Counted from the first letter of the stretch, positions 1 through 10,468 are shown. The stretch is 64,000 bases of DNA from Longimicrobiales bacterium (GCA_965198065.1 CBDAON010000004.1:224001-288000); one strand, 5' to 3'. The notes: generated by a model from the sequence alone, not told the origin. Numbers and translations: made by a program.

Positions 1-1236
1 CCGGAGCTCGTCGCCCAGAGCAAGCAAGGTTCCCTCGTGCTCCTCCCAGCCGTCCAGCCCACCCGTGCCGTCGTCCGCCCCGACCCGCTCGAGCCCCAGG
101 ATCTCTGCCCCCTGCCGGTTCGGCACGAGATCCCGGCGACGGGTGAGCTCGGAGAAGCCCGGTAGAGGAATCTCCCTCTCGGCACGCGGGGACCGGAACA
201 CCAGCTCTCCACCGCCAAGGGCCCGGACGAGCAGCACGAGAGCGGCCAGGTCTTCGTTCGAGGCTCCCGCCCATGCCACCGCCCGCACGGGACCCGAAGT
301 TTCGACGAGACGCTCGGCGATCCGGTCAAGAGCCCGTCCCCACTCGGTCGCACCGGCCTCCCGACCCTCCCTGATCAGGGGGACCTCGATCCGGTCCCGC
401 CGGTTCATCCACCCGTAGCGGTGCCGGCCGTAATCGCACATCCAGTGGTGGTTGACGTCTAGGTTGGGACGCGGCCGGAGGCGCTGGACCACGTCGTCAC
501 GGACGTGGAGCTCGATGTTGCATCCCTGGGAGCAATTCGGACACACGGAGGGCGTGTGATCCAGGTCCCACGCCCGCGCCTTGTGGAGGAAGTCCTTCGA
601 TACCAGCGCGCCCACCGGACAGATGTCCACGATGTTGCCCGCGAACGGCGAGCCTTCGACACCCTCCTCGAAGAACGTGTCGATGATGGATCGGTTCCCC
701 CGCTCGACTACCGTGAGCAGAGGATCCTGCGCCACCTCGTTCATGAAGCGGACGCACCGGGTGCACATGACGCAGCGATCGCCGTAGAACAGGACGTCGC
801 CCCCGAAGTCGTCCCGCCCGAAGACCCGTTTGGGCTCTCGGCTCCGGCCGTGCATGCGCCCCTCGGCGAACACATAGTCCTGGAGCTTGCACTCTCCGGA
901 CTGGTCGCAGATCGGACAGTCGAGCGGGTGGTTGGCCAGGTAGAACTCGAGAACGCCCCGGCGCATCGCCTTCGCCTCGTCACTCTCGGTGCGGACCACC
1001 TGCCCGTCCTGAGTCTCCGTGACGCACGAGGCCACCAGCTTCGGCGCACCCTCGACCTCGACCAGACAGAGCCGACACTGTGCCGGGGACGAGAGCCCCG
1101 GATGGTAGCAGTAGTGGGGAACCCGGATCCCGACGGTCTCGGCCGCCTCGAGGATCGTGGTGCCCTTGGGCACGCGGACCGCTCGCCCATCCACGGTCGC
1201 GCTGACCATGGGCTTGGCGTCGACGGTCTCGCTCAT
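1..1236 (-). CDS. nuoG: NADH-quinone oxidoreductase subunit G (3' end beyond window)
   Basis: Manual translation from ATG 1236: MSETVDAKP...CYHPGLSSPAQCRLCLVE...KLVASC...NHPLDCPICDQSGECKLQD...RCVMCTRCVRF...DICPVGAL; Fe-S motifs of NuoG; follows nuoF. Confidence 0.93.
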   Translation of the reverse strand, partial: MSETVDAKPMVSATVDGRAVRVPKGTTILEAAETVGIRVPHYCYHPGLSSPAQCRLCLVEVEGAPKLVASCVTETQDGQVVRTESDEAKAMRRGVLEFYLANHPLDCPICDQSGECKLQDYVFAEGRMHGRSREPKRVFGRDDFGGDVLFYGDRCVMCTRCVRFMNEVAQDPLLTVVERGNRSIIDTFFEEGVEGSPFAGNIVDICPVGALVSKDFLHKARAWDLDHTPSVCPNCSQGCNIELHVRDDVVQRLRPRPNLDVNHHWMCDYGRHRYGWMNRRDRIEVPLIREGREAGATEWGRALDRIAERLVETSGPVRAVAWAGASNEDLAALVLLVRALGGGELVFRSPRAEREIPLPGFSELTRRRDLVPNRQGAEILGLERVGADDGTGGLDGWEEHEGTLLALGDELR

Positions 1237-1288
1237 CGGGCCACTCCCCTCCAGTCGGTCACCGAGCCGCGCTCGCTCGCGCCCCCCG

Positions 1289-2581
1289 TCATCCAACCCC
1301 CACGGCTTCGCCGCGTCGGATCAAGGCCAGGTAATCCTCCCGGAACTTCTGGATCGAAGACGCGACGGGAACCGCGGCCGAGTCCGAAAGCACGCAGATC
1401 GTCGTCGCGGTCATCTGCGCGCCCAGCGACAGCAGCGTGTCCAGATCCTCCTCGGTGCCCCTCCCGTTCTCGATACGGGTGAGGATCCTGGCCAGCCAGG
1501 TGGTTCCCTCGCGGCAGGGCGTGCACTGCCCGCACGACTCGTGCGAGAAGAACTCGACCATCCGCCGAACCTGCTTCACGATGTTCGTCCGATCGTCCAT
1601 GACGATGACCGACGCGCACCCGAGCATCGACCCCTGCTTCGCGACCCCCTCGTAGTCCAGTGCGCAGGCATCGCACTCCTCGGCGGACATGATCGGCACC
1701 GAGGCGCCACCCGGGATCACCGCCTTGAGCTTCCTCCCCTCCTCGAACCCGCCGCAGACGTCGTAAATGAGATCCCACATGGGGAATCCGAGCGGAAGCT
1801 CATAGTTCCCCGGCCGACGCACGTGCCCGCTCACGCAGAACAACTTGGTCCCCGGGCTCTTCTCCGTGCCCCACTGCCGGTACCACTCCGCGCCGCTTCG
1901 AACGATGTGCGGGACGGCACACAGGGTCTCGACGTTGTTGATCGTCGTCGGCTGCCCGAACGCACCGACCGCCGCCGGAAAGGGGGGCTTCACCCGGGGA
2001 AGGCCGCGTCGCCCCTCGAGGGAGCTCATCAGGGCCGTTTCCTCCCCGCAGATGTAGGCCCCCGCCCCCTGATGCACTGTCACTTCGATCGTGGTCCCGG
2101 TGCCCAGGATGTCCGAGCCGGCGAGACCCGCTCCGTACGCCTCCTCCACGGCCCGCGCCAGCACCTGATTCGCCTCGAAGAACTCGCCCCTGCAGTAGAT
2201 GTAGACGTGGTCTGCCTGGATCGCGAAGGCTGCGATGAGGCATCCTTCCACGACCTGGTGGGGCGTCCACCGCATCAGCTCCCGGTCCTTGAACGTGCCG
2301 GGCTCGGATTCGTCCGCGTTGCAGCAGAGGTAGTGCGGGCCCTTCTTGTCCTTCGGCATGAAGGACCACTTGAGCCCCGTGGGAAATCCGGCGCCTCCCC
2401 TGCCCCGTAGCCCGCTCCCCTTCACCTCTTCGATGACTGCGGCGGGGCCCATCTCGAGGGCCTTCCGGAGCCCCTCGTACCCGCCCAGCGCCTGCCAGCC
2501 CTCGAGGGTTCGGGCACGCGGGTCGCCCCACCCCCGGCTGAGGACGGTGACCTCCTTCTCGTGAACGTAAGGGTACGCCAT
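1289..2581 (-). CDS. nuoF: NADH-quinone oxidoreductase subunit F
   Basis: GLRGRGGAGFPTG, NADESEPGTFKDR, GAGAYICGEETAL, ESCGQCTPCREG motifs. Confidence 0.97.
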   Translation of the reverse strand: MAYPYVHEKEVTVLSRGWGDPRARTLEGWQALGGYEGLRKALEMGPAAVIEEVKGSGLRGRGGAGFPTGLKWSFMPKDKKGPHYLCCNADESEPGTFKDRELMRWTPHQVVEGCLIAAFAIQADHVYIYCRGEFFEANQVLARAVEEAYGAGLAGSDILGTGTTIEVTVHQGAGAYICGEETALMSSLEGRRGLPRVKPPFPAAVGAFGQPTTINNVETLCAVPHIVRSGAEWYRQWGTEKSPGTKLFCVSGHVRRPGNYELPLGFPMWDLIYDVCGGFEEGRKLKAVIPGGASVPIMSAEECDACALDYEGVAKQGSMLGCASVIVMDDRTNIVKQVRRMVEFFSHESCGQCTPCREGTTWLARILTRIENGRGTEEDLDTLLSLGAQMTATTICVLSDSAAVPVASSIQKFREDYLALIRRGEAVGVG

Positions 2582-2635
2582 CCTACCTAGCCCGCGAGGC
2601 CGTCGTGCGCCCGCGCATCACCCGCGCCCCCTCCG

Positions 2636-3313
2636 TCATCGGCGCTCCTCCCTCAGGCGCTCGAGGAGCGCCGGAACGCCCGTGGGCGTCACGTTCTCGT
2701 AGTAGCGCGAGTTGATCTGGACGGCGGTGGGAAAGCCGCACGCCGCGAGACACTCGACCTCCGTCACCGTGAAGAGGCCATCCTCCGAGGTCTCCCCGAG
2801 CTCGGTGCCGGCATGCTCGAGGAACGCCTCCAGGACCTCGTCACCGCCGCACAAGTTGCACGAGATGTTCGTGCAGACCTGAATGAGGAAGCGGCCGACC
2901 GGCCGCTTGTTGAACATGGTGTAGAAGGTCGCCACCCCCCTCACGTCCGCCTCCGGAATCCCCGTGAGCTCAGCCACCTCCTGCATGGTTTCGGGCGAAA
3001 CGTGTCCACGGACCTCCTGCGCCAGGGCGAGGACCGGGAGCAGCGCTCCCCGCACATCGGGGTAGCGCGCGAGGATCTTCTCGTAACGCAGCCGATACGG
3101 ACCCTCGAAGAGCGGGGCGTCGGGATTCTTGTCGGCCAGCATGAACGGGTAGGCGGGCGCTCCCGACGCGTGACCGCCGTCCAGGGGTCGGGAGCCGAAG
3201 TAGTCGTCCCCCCGCACCTGGGACTCCGTCAGCTCGAACTCTCCTGTGTTCCCGGCCCACCCCGGATTTCGAAAGGGAGCCTGAGGGTAGGATGGGGTCT
3301 CGGAGTCGCTCAC
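2636..3313 (-). CDS. nuoE: NADH-quinone oxidoreductase subunit E with N-terminal extension
   Basis: VATFYTMF, CTNISCNLCG, VECLAACG 2Fe-2S motifs; GTG start at 3313 overlaps the nuoD stop (start inferred). Confidence 0.9.
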   Translation of the reverse strand: MSDSETPSYPQAPFRNPGWAGNTGEFELTESQVRGDDYFGSRPLDGGHASGAPAYPFMLADKNPDAPLFEGPYRLRYEKILARYPDVRGALLPVLALAQEVRGHVSPETMQEVAELTGIPEADVRGVATFYTMFNKRPVGRFLIQVCTNISCNLCGGDEVLEAFLEHAGTELGETSEDGLFTVTEVECLAACGFPTAVQINSRYYENVTPTGVPALLERLREERR

Positions 3314-4587
3314 CGGTCGATCTCTCCCAGGACGATGTCCAGGCTTGCGTTCACGACGATGACGTCCGCGAGCAGGCCTCCCTCGACGAGCCGGGGAATC
3401 GCCGAGAGATTGACGAACGACGGGGGCCGGATTCTCCAGCGCACGGGCTTGGAGCCGCCGTCGCTCACCACGTACATGCCGAGCTCCCCCTTCGACCCCT
3501 CGATGGGGCAATACGACTCGCCCGGCGGTGACTTGACGCCCTCCATCACCAGCTTGAAGTGGTGGATCATGGACTCCATATCGTTCATGCAGTCGGTCTT
3601 GTCGGGAAGCACGACCCTCGGGTCGTCGACGTTGATCGGGCCGTCCGGAAGCCGGTCTAGCACCTGGAGCAGGATCCGGCAGCTCTGGCGCATCTCCTCC
3701 ATACGGACCATGTAGCGGTCGTAGCAATCCCCGTGCTCCCCGATGGGTACCTCGAAATCGTAGCTGTCGTAGTCGTAATACGGCCGATCCTTTCTGAGAT
3801 CGTACGGAATGCCGGACGCCCTCAGGTTGGGACCCGAGAGCCCGGCGTCGATCGCGTCCTCGCCCGATATCACTCCGACGCCCTGCGCCCTCCCGATGTG
3901 GATTCCGTTCCTCGCGAGGAGCAGATCGATCTCGTCCAGCGTCTTCGGGACCGTGCTCGCGAACCGCCGCACGCCCTCGGCCCACCCCTCCGGAATGTCC
4001 GCCATCATCCCGCCCACCCGCGTGGCGGACGTGGTGATCCGAGCCCCCGTGAAGGCCTCGTGGAGCTCGTAGACCCGTTCCCGCTCCTGGAACGCGTAGA
4101 GAAACGGCGTGAACGCCCCCACATCGATCGCCCACGTGCCCAGCCAGAGCAGGTGGGAGAAGATCCGGTCCAGCTCCATGCAGATCACGCGAACCACCTT
4201 GCAGCGCTCGGTCACCTCGAGTCCCATCATCTTCTCCACGGCCATTACGTGGGCGCAGTTGTATATGAGGGGCGCCAGGTAATCCATGCGGTCGGTGAGC
4301 GTGACGATCTGATTCCACGTCCGGTACTCACCGAGCTTCTCGAAAGAGGAGTGCAGATATCCGATGTGCGGAATGCAACGGACCACGGTCTCCCCGTCCA
4401 GCTCGAGCACCAAGCGGAGCACTCCGTGCGTGGCGGGGTGCTGGGGCCCGATGTTGATGAGCATGTTCCGCGAATCGAGCTCAGGCGAGGGAGCGTCCGC
4501 CGGGAGCACCGGCCCCCGCGCCGGGCGAAAGTCCATCCCCGCTTCCGGCGTACGGGATACCTCGAGCTCGACCGTCCGCCTCGACAT
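3310..4587 (-). CDS. nuoD: NADH-quinone oxidoreductase subunit D
   Basis: NIGPQHPATHGVLRL, GYLHSSFEK, DRMDY, C-terminal DIVLGEIDR. Confidence 0.97.
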   Translation of the reverse strand: MSRRTVELEVSRTPEAGMDFRPARGPVLPADAPSPELDSRNMLINIGPQHPATHGVLRLVLELDGETVVRCIPHIGYLHSSFEKLGEYRTWNQIVTLTDRMDYLAPLIYNCAHVMAVEKMMGLEVTERCKVVRVICMELDRIFSHLLWLGTWAIDVGAFTPFLYAFQERERVYELHEAFTGARITTSATRVGGMMADIPEGWAEGVRRFASTVPKTLDEIDLLLARNGIHIGRAQGVGVISGEDAIDAGLSGPNLRASGIPYDLRKDRPYYDYDSYDFEVPIGEHGDCYDRYMVRMEEMRQSCRILLQVLDRLPDGPINVDDPRVVLPDKTDCMNDMESMIHHFKLVMEGVKSPPGESYCPIEGSKGELGMYVVSDGGSKPVRWRIRPPSFVNLSAIPRLVEGGLLADVIVVNASLDIVLGEIDR

Positions 4588-4589
4588 GT

Positions 4590-5345
4590 TCAGGTCTCCT
4601 CGCTCCCGTTGCTCACTCGCCGACCGGGCTCATCCTCAGCCGGATTGCTCGGCTGCTCGCTCGAATCCTTGGGAACGGCCTCTCCCCCCGTTTCGCGCCA
4701 GGGGACGACCTGCGGCTGTCCTCCCAGCTCGAGCTCCAGGGGGATGTAGTGGTCCTCCGGGTCGTGCGAGAGCGCACGCTGGGTCTGCTCTTCGCGGGAG
4801 AACCGGCCCCTCAGCGGGAAGTCCTTCCGGAGGGGGTGCCCCTCCGCGTAGTTCTGAGGCATGAGGATGCGCCGGAGATCGGGGTGACCCTCGAAGTGGA
4901 CGCCGAACATGTCGTAGACCTCCCGCTCCAACCAGTTCGCGGCTCCCCAGAGCCGCGTGGCCGATTCGATTCGCAGGTCGGACACGGGGAGCTCCGCCTT
5001 CACCCGAAGCGCGCGCCGATGAGGGAGGGAGAAGAGCTGGTACACGACCTGAACCGGCCGCCCGCCCCCGTAGTCGACTGCCGTGATGTCGGAGAGGAAG
5101 TTGTACGCCTCTCCTTGCTCGTCCCGGAGCCATTCCAGGATCTCCACGACTCGGGAGGCTTCCACGAAGATCACGTGCTCGTCCCCCGCCACGACCTCGT
5201 GACGGAGGATCGTAGCGCCGAAGCGCTCGCGGAGGGCGTCCTCCGTGGGGGTCGCCACGGGGGTACCGCGAGCCTCCGGGGACGCGGCAGCGCCGGGCGA
5301 CGCGTCCGCGGAGTCGGAGCGGTCCGGCGTCACGCCCTCAGACAC
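4590..5345 (-). CDS. nuoC: NADH-quinone oxidoreductase subunit C
   Basis: ANWLEREVYDMFGVHFEGHPDLRRIL...GHPLRKDFPL signature. Confidence 0.95.
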   Translation of the reverse strand: MSEGVTPDRSDSADASPGAAASPEARGTPVATPTEDALRERFGATILRHEVVAGDEHVIFVEASRVVEILEWLRDEQGEAYNFLSDITAVDYGGGRPVQVVYQLFSLPHRRALRVKAELPVSDLRIESATRLWGAANWLEREVYDMFGVHFEGHPDLRRILMPQNYAEGHPLRKDFPLRGRFSREEQTQRALSHDPEDHYIPLELELGGQPQVVPWRETGGEAVPKDSSEQPSNPAEDEPGRRVSNGSEET

Positions 5346-5382
5346 GCCGGGGCCTCCAGGACATGCTTGGGGAACGCGGGGG

Positions 5383-6072
5383 TCAAGGAGTCCGGTCTCC
5401 CGGGCGGTCCTGAGGAGCTCCCCTGACCATACCGCTCACACGGTTTTGATCGGTGGAGTTGCCGAACGGACCCGAAAGGGCACGGATCTCCGCCGCCTCC
5501 GCCCTGGGAGCGCCGGCCTCCTCCGCACGCTCGATCCGATGCTCCGAGTGCCGCGCGAGTGTCTCGCCTCGGACCTTCTCCTGGATCATCATGAGCCCAT
5601 AAATCAGCCCCTCGGGGCGCGGGGGGCAGCCGGGGACGTAGACGTCCACGGGGATGACCGTGTCGATCCCCTGAACCATCGAATAGACGTCGAACACACC
5701 CCCCGACGACGCACAAGCTCCCATGGAGACGCACCACTTCGGCTGGGGCATCTGGTCCCACACCCGCCGCAGGACCGGCGCCAGTTTGTACGGAACCCGC
5801 CCGGCGCAGATGAGGACGTCCGCCTGCCTCGGCGAAAACGCCATCCGCTCCATCCCGAAGCGCGCCAGATCCTGATTCGAGGCCGCGGAGGCCATCATCT
5901 CGATGGCGCAGCACGCCGTCCCGAACGGCATGGGCCATAACGAGTTGCGCCGGGCCCAGTTGACCACGAAGTCCACCTTGGTGGTCAGGAACGTAGGCGT
6001 CCCCGACCTGAATATCCCCCCGGTGAGCCCGCGCTTCGCGGGAGCGGGCACCACGGTCCTCGGTTCGCTCAT
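5383..6072 (-). CDS. nuoB: NADH-quinone oxidoreductase subunit B
   Basis: [42 protein letters not shown] 6072 overlaps the nuoA stop. Confidence 0.96.
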   Translation of the reverse strand: MSEPRTVVPAPAKRGLTGGIFRSGTPTFLTTKVDFVVNWARRNSLWPMPFGTACCAIEMMASAASNQDLARFGMERMAFSPRQADVLICAGRVPYKLAPVLRRVWDQMPQPKWCVSMGACASSGGVFDVYSMVQGIDTVIPVDVYVPGCPPRPEGLIYGLMMIQEKVRGETLARHSEHRIERAEEAGAPRAEAAEIRALSGPFGNSTDQNRVSGMVRGAPQDRPGDRTP

Positions 6073-6425
6073 TCCCAGTCTAGCACTCCTTTTCGCCACT
6101 CGTAGATCAACCCGACGACCAGCACGGCCGTGAAGATCACCACCGCCACGAACGCCTCCCAACCGAGTGCACGGGCCGCCACAGCCCACGGGATGAGGAA
6201 GACGGCCTCGAGGTCGAAGATGATGAAGCTAAGCGCGACCATGTAGAACTTGACCGAGAAGCGGGCCCGCGTGTCCCCGAGGGGGATCATCCCGGACTCG
6301 TACGGCATCTCCTTCTCGGGGGTCGGCCTCCGAGGGTTCAGCACATGCGAGGCCACGAGCATACCCACCGCGTTCGCCACCGATACGCCGAGCAGGATGA
6401 GAATCGGCAGGTAACTGGAGGACAT
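6069..6425 (-). CDS. nuoA: NADH-quinone oxidoreductase subunit A
   Basis: [36 protein letters not shown]. Confidence 0.96.
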   Translation of the reverse strand: MSSSYLPILILLGVSVANAVGMLVASHVLNPRRPTPEKEMPYESGMIPLGDTRARFSVKFYMVALSFIIFDLEAVFLIPWAVAARALGWEAFVAVVIFTAVLVVGLIYEWRKGVLDWE

Positions 6426-6446
6426 GTCTCGGGGAGAGCACTACGC

Positions 6447-6464
6447 TTGTGAAATTATTCACTA
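6447..6464. promoter_or_regulatory. Putative Rex (NADH/NAD+ sensor) operator upstream of nuoA
   Basis: TTGTGAAATTATTCACTA, one mismatch to the Rex consensus TTGTGAA-N4-TTCACAA; lies between the predicted promoter and the nuoA start. Confidence 0.7.
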
Positions 6465-6476
6465 GCAAGTCGCACA

Positions 6477-6506
6477 AATCTACCCGGAAAACGGCGGGGG
6501 TGTCAA
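6477..6506 (-). promoter_or_regulatory. Putative sigma70-type promoter of the nuo operon
   Basis: TTGACA (6506-6501) - N18 - TAGATT (6482-6477) on the minus strand. Confidence 0.55.
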
Positions 6507-6798
6507 CCCGACCCAGGCGGTCTATTTATTTACTGTATTTTCAAGGGATTTCGGGGGTTGGCGGCCCGGGGCGACGAGGGTCTTCCCTCGGGGCCGCTGG
6601 CCAACCCGATACTCCTCGACGTCATGGCTCGCTATGCCGCGGCTCGCCGATGGACCCCCTCGGTACGGCCCGATCGCTCCAGTCTCCGCATTTCCTTTCT
6701 TTGCCCACTGCCCCACCCCCCGGTATACTCTCCCGCGTTCGCCGCAGCTTCCTGTTAAGACGACCCCCTCAACGGATGCCCCCGCGGCCCAGAAACCC

Positions 6799-7353
6799 AT
6801 GACGATTAAGAGTGACCGATGGATCCGGCGGATGGCCGAGGAGCACGGCATGATCGAGCCGTTCGAGCCAGGCCAAGTGCGGAAGGGGACGATATCATAC
6901 GGCCTCTCCTCCTACGGATACGACATCCGAGTCGCTCCTGAGTTCAAGGTCTTCACGAACGTCCACAGCGTTGTCGTGGATCCGAAGGTCTTCGACGAGC
7001 GGTCCTTCGTAGACGTGCCCGCGTCCGAGTGCATCATCCCCCCAAACTCGTTCGCGCTCGCGCGGACCGTAGAGTTCTTCCGCGTCCCCCGCGACACGCT
7101 GGTGCTCTGCGTGGGGAAGAGTACGTACGCGCGTTGCGGGATCATCGTGAACGTGACCCCACTCGAGCCGACCTGGCGGGGCTACCTCACCCTCGAGATT
7201 TCGAACACGACGCCGCTTCCCGCGAAGATCTACGCGAACGAGGGGATCGCTCAGCTCCTCTTCTTCCAGGGTGACGAGGAGCCGGAGATCGCGTACGAGG
7301 ACCGGGGGGGGAAGTACCAAGACCAGAAGGGGGTCACGCTGCCGAAGCTCTAG
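6799..7353 (+). CDS. dcd: dCTP deaminase
   Basis: [65 protein letters not shown]. Confidence 0.97.
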   Translation: MTIKSDRWIRRMAEEHGMIEPFEPGQVRKGTISYGLSSYGYDIRVAPEFKVFTNVHSVVVDPKVFDERSFVDVPASECIIPPNSFALARTVEFFRVPRDTLVLCVGKSTYARCGIIVNVTPLEPTWRGYLTLEISNTTPLPAKIYANEGIAQLLFFQGDEEPEIAYEDRGGKYQDQKGVTLPKL

Positions 7354-7387
7354 CGTGCCCTGAACCAGCGAGCTAAAGCTCCCAGCA

Positions 7388-7534
7388 TTGTACAACAACA
7401 ACTTAGGGGATTCTAGGCATCCGGCCGGATGCTAGGTAGGGCACTCCTAGGGCACAATCTTTTCACCACTGTATCCGCCCCCCGAATTCGAGGGGCGTCC
7501 GCGGCGAAAAACGCTAGGTCGCTGGATGGACACC
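7388..7534. repeat. ~147-bp direct repeat, copy 1 (att-like module)
   Basis: TTGTACAACAACAACTTAG...GCATCCGGCCGGATGC palindrome...TAGGGCAC-N3-TAGGGCAC...GGATGGACACC; near-identical to 10275-10419. Confidence 0.92.
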
Positions 7535-7746
7535 TCACCACGTAATCCTCGCCTCGTCGAACGTCTCCGATCATGGCAGCCTGCCTCCTCGTCGGGGGCG
7601 GCTTTACCCGCTAAGCTACAGGGGCGTGACGGATGACGAATCCGAGGAGTCAGCCTAGAAGGGTCAACGGAAACCCGCCCGCATGTGTCCCCGCCAGTAG
7701 CACGGCTGCCCGTCTCCGCGTTGGTTCCCCCGACTAGAGGTCCTCC

Positions 7747-10092
7747 TTGCTGCGCACTTCCGGCCTTACAGCGGCCCTCGGCATCATGGTGCTCGTGATT
7801 CAGTTTCCGACACGGCTCATCGCCCAGGACCCGCAAAGCCGCGCCGACCAGGACCAACAGGACACGACTCCGGCCGCCCCGTCAACGCCAGAACCACTGG
7901 TGCCGGCGGCCGACCGAAGCGGCTCACCACTCCCGTCCCTGCTGGCCCATCGCATGGATGGGGGCACCGAGATCACCCTGGACGGGAGAGTCGAGGAGGA
8001 CGCCTGGCAGGGCGCGATACCCATCACGGACTTCACGCAGCAGGAGCCCGTGGAAGGGGCAGGCCCCAGTCAACCCACGGAGATTCGGGTCGTCTACGAC
8101 GAGGACAACCTCTACATCGGGGCGGTCATTTACGACGATCCGGAAGGGATCCTCGCCTATCAGCGTCAGAGGGACGCGGGGCTCGGGACGGATGACCGGT
8201 TCATGTGGATCCTGGACACGTTCCATGACGGGCGGACGGGCTACTTCTTCGAGATCAACGCCGCGGGCCTCATGGGAGACGGCATCCTCGGCGGAGGCGG
8301 GGGTCTGAACAAGTCGTGGGACGGGATCTGGGAAGCGCGGACGGCCCGTCGCCCGGACGGATGGTCGGCCGAGATCCAGATCCCCTTCCGCACTCTCAAT
8401 TTCGATCCTGCCCAGGATACGTGGGGCATCAACTTCCAGCGGACGATCCGACGACGGCAGGAGGAGATTCTCTGGAGGGGCTGGCTCCGGAACCAGGGGC
8501 TGTTCAGCCCCGTGTACGCCGGAGACCTGACCGGCTTGGAGGGACTCTCCCAGGGCGTGGGGTTGGAGGCCGTACCCTCCACCATCGTGAGCTGGAAGAG
8601 GACTCCGGACGACGAGGATCCTTCGACCTTCCCCCGGGACCTCAGCCTCGATATCAACTACAGCATCACGTCGAGCCTCCGGGCTTCGCTCTCGGTAAAC
8701 ACGGACTTCGCCGAGGTGGAAGCGGACCAGCGCCAGGTCAATCTCACCCGATTTCCTCTGTTCTTCCCCGAGCGGAGGGACTTCTTCCTGGAGGGATCGG
8801 GAGTCTTCTCCTTCGCGCCGAGGAGCGGCCCCGATCCATTCTTCTCTCGGCGGATCGGGCTCAGGAACCGCCAGGAGGTGCCCATCGACTTCGGAGCCCG
8901 CATGACCGGCCAGGCGGGCATCTACGAGCTGGGCTTCTATCAGATCCGTACCGGACGGGCCACCCCGGATCCGGCGGAGGAGGGAGGGTCGCCAGTGCGA
9001 GGTCCCGTCGAGGACTTTACCGTGGCCCGTGTGAAGCGCCGGATCCTCGAGCAGTCCAGCATCGGAGCCGTTTACACGCGGCGAGCCACCGGGAAGGACG
9101 AGGAAGGATTCGCTCCACCGGACCGCCACACGGTCGGCGTGGACCTGGAGCTCGCTACACGGAGCTTCCTCGGGCAAAACAACGCCGAGATGGAGGCGTT
9201 CCTCCTGTGGAACTCGGACCCCGAGCGGGGCACGGACCGCTCCTTCAACGACCTTTCCGCCCGGGGTTTCCGGCTGAACTTCCCGAACGATATCTGGTCC
9301 GGCCATCTCTCGTACCGGGAATTCGGCGACCACTACAATCCAGAGGTGGGATTCGTGACCCGCAACGACTTCCGCCGGGTCGAGCCCAACATTGGATGGT
9401 CACCGCGACCGGAGAGCGTCCCCTGGCTACGGCGGCTCAACTTCGAGGTCCAGTTCCGCTACCTGACGGAGCTGGGCACGGAGATTCTGGAGGAGCGAGA
9501 GTGGTCGCTCGGGGTCCTGGGGCTGGATTTCGAGAGCGGCGACAACGTGAATATCGGCGTTACCAACACGTACGAATACCTGGACCGACCCTTCGAGATC
9601 TCGGATGGAATCGACATCGGCGCGGGCGGCTATTCCACGTGGAATTACGGAATCCAGGCAGGCACGACGGGAAGGCGGACGGTTTCCGTCCGCGGCTCCC
9701 TCGACCTCGGGGACTTCTGGAACGGTGAGCGGACACGGGTCCAGGGGCGCGTCACGGTGCGGCCCGGGCCCGGCGTCAGCCTGTCTACGGACGTCGAGCA
9801 CAATGACGTGACGCTCCCTCAGGGAAGTTTCGAGGCGAGCGTTTACGGTGTGGACGCCGAGTGGACCCCCTCGCCCTGGGTCAGCGCCATCGGTGAGCTG
9901 CAGTACGACGACCAGAGCAAGATCGTTGGTCTCTACTCCCGACTCCGATGGATCGTAAGTCCCGGAAACGAGGTGTTCCTCGTGTATACACACAACTGGG
10001 AGAATTACGGGACCGGGCTCCTGGAGGGACGGGATCTCGCGACCCGCTCCCAAGGCGCATCCCTCAAGGCGAACTATACGTATCGCTTCTGA
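7747..10092 (+). CDS. Secreted/outer-membrane CBM9-like plus DUF5916-type protein
   Basis: Signal peptide; LDG.VEEDAW, WDGIWEART, WSAEIQIPFRTLNF, NTDFAEVEAD...NLTRFPLFFPERRDFFLEG; ends in YTYRF. Confidence 0.8.
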   Translation: MLRTSGLTAALGIMVLVIQFPTRLIAQDPQSRADQDQQDTTPAAPSTPEPLVPAADRSGSPLPSLLAHRMDGGTEITLDGRVEEDAWQGAIPITDFTQQEPVEGAGPSQPTEIRVVYDEDNLYIGAVIYDDPEGILAYQRQRDAGLGTDDRFMWILDTFHDGRTGYFFEINAAGLMGDGILGGGGGLNKSWDGIWEARTARRPDGWSAEIQIPFRTLNFDPAQDTWGINFQRTIRRRQEEILWRGWLRNQGLFSPVYAGDLTGLEGLSQGVGLEAVPSTIVSWKRTPDDEDPSTFPRDLSLDINYSITSSLRASLSVNTDFAEVEADQRQVNLTRFPLFFPERRDFFLEGSGVFSFAPRSGPDPFFSRRIGLRNRQEVPIDFGARMTGQAGIYELGFYQIRTGRATPDPAEEGGSPVRGPVEDFTVARVKRRILEQSSIGAVYTRRATGKDEEGFAPPDRHTVGVDLELATRSFLGQNNAEMEAFLLWNSDPERGTDRSFNDLSARGFRLNFPNDIWSGHLSYREFGDHYNPEVGFVTRNDFRRVEPNIGWSPRPESVPWLRRLNFEVQFRYLTELGTEILEEREWSLGVLGLDFESGDNVNIGVTNTYEYLDRPFEISDGIDIGAGGYSTWNYGIQAGTTGRRTVSVRGSLDLGDFWNGERTRVQGRVTVRPGPGVSLSTDVEHNDVTLPQGSFEASVYGVDAEWTPSPWVSAIGELQYDDQSKIVGLYSRLRWIVSPGNEVFLVYTHNWENYGTGLLEGRDLATRSQGASLKANYTYRF

Positions 10093-10274
10093 ACTGCCGG
10101 GGGTGCGTCAAGCATACTACTGCCCTTGTCGGTATTCGCTGACGATTGATGCCCTTACCGCCTTCTCGGGTGAGTCCACCGGGCCGAAAATCGCACTTCC
10201 AAGATTGACCTCTCGGTGGGCTGTCGCTAGTCTCACTCCAGGTGCTTTGAGCCAGCGGGGCCAAGCGTACGGCT

Positions 10275-10419
10275 TTGTACAACAACAACTTAGTGGATTC
10301 TAGGCATCCGGCCGGATGCTGGGTAGGGCACTCCTAGGGCACAATCTTTTGACTACTGTATCCGCCCCCGAATCGAGGGGCGTCCGCGCCGAAAAACGCT
10401 AGGTCGCTGGATGGACACC
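10275..10419. repeat. ~145-bp direct repeat, copy 2
   Basis: Near-identical to 7388-7534 with a few substitutions and indels. Confidence 0.92.
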
Positions 10420-10468
10420 GCGCTAAGGGAATCTCTGGAGAGGTAAAGCGCGTCGATGACCGCTTGAG

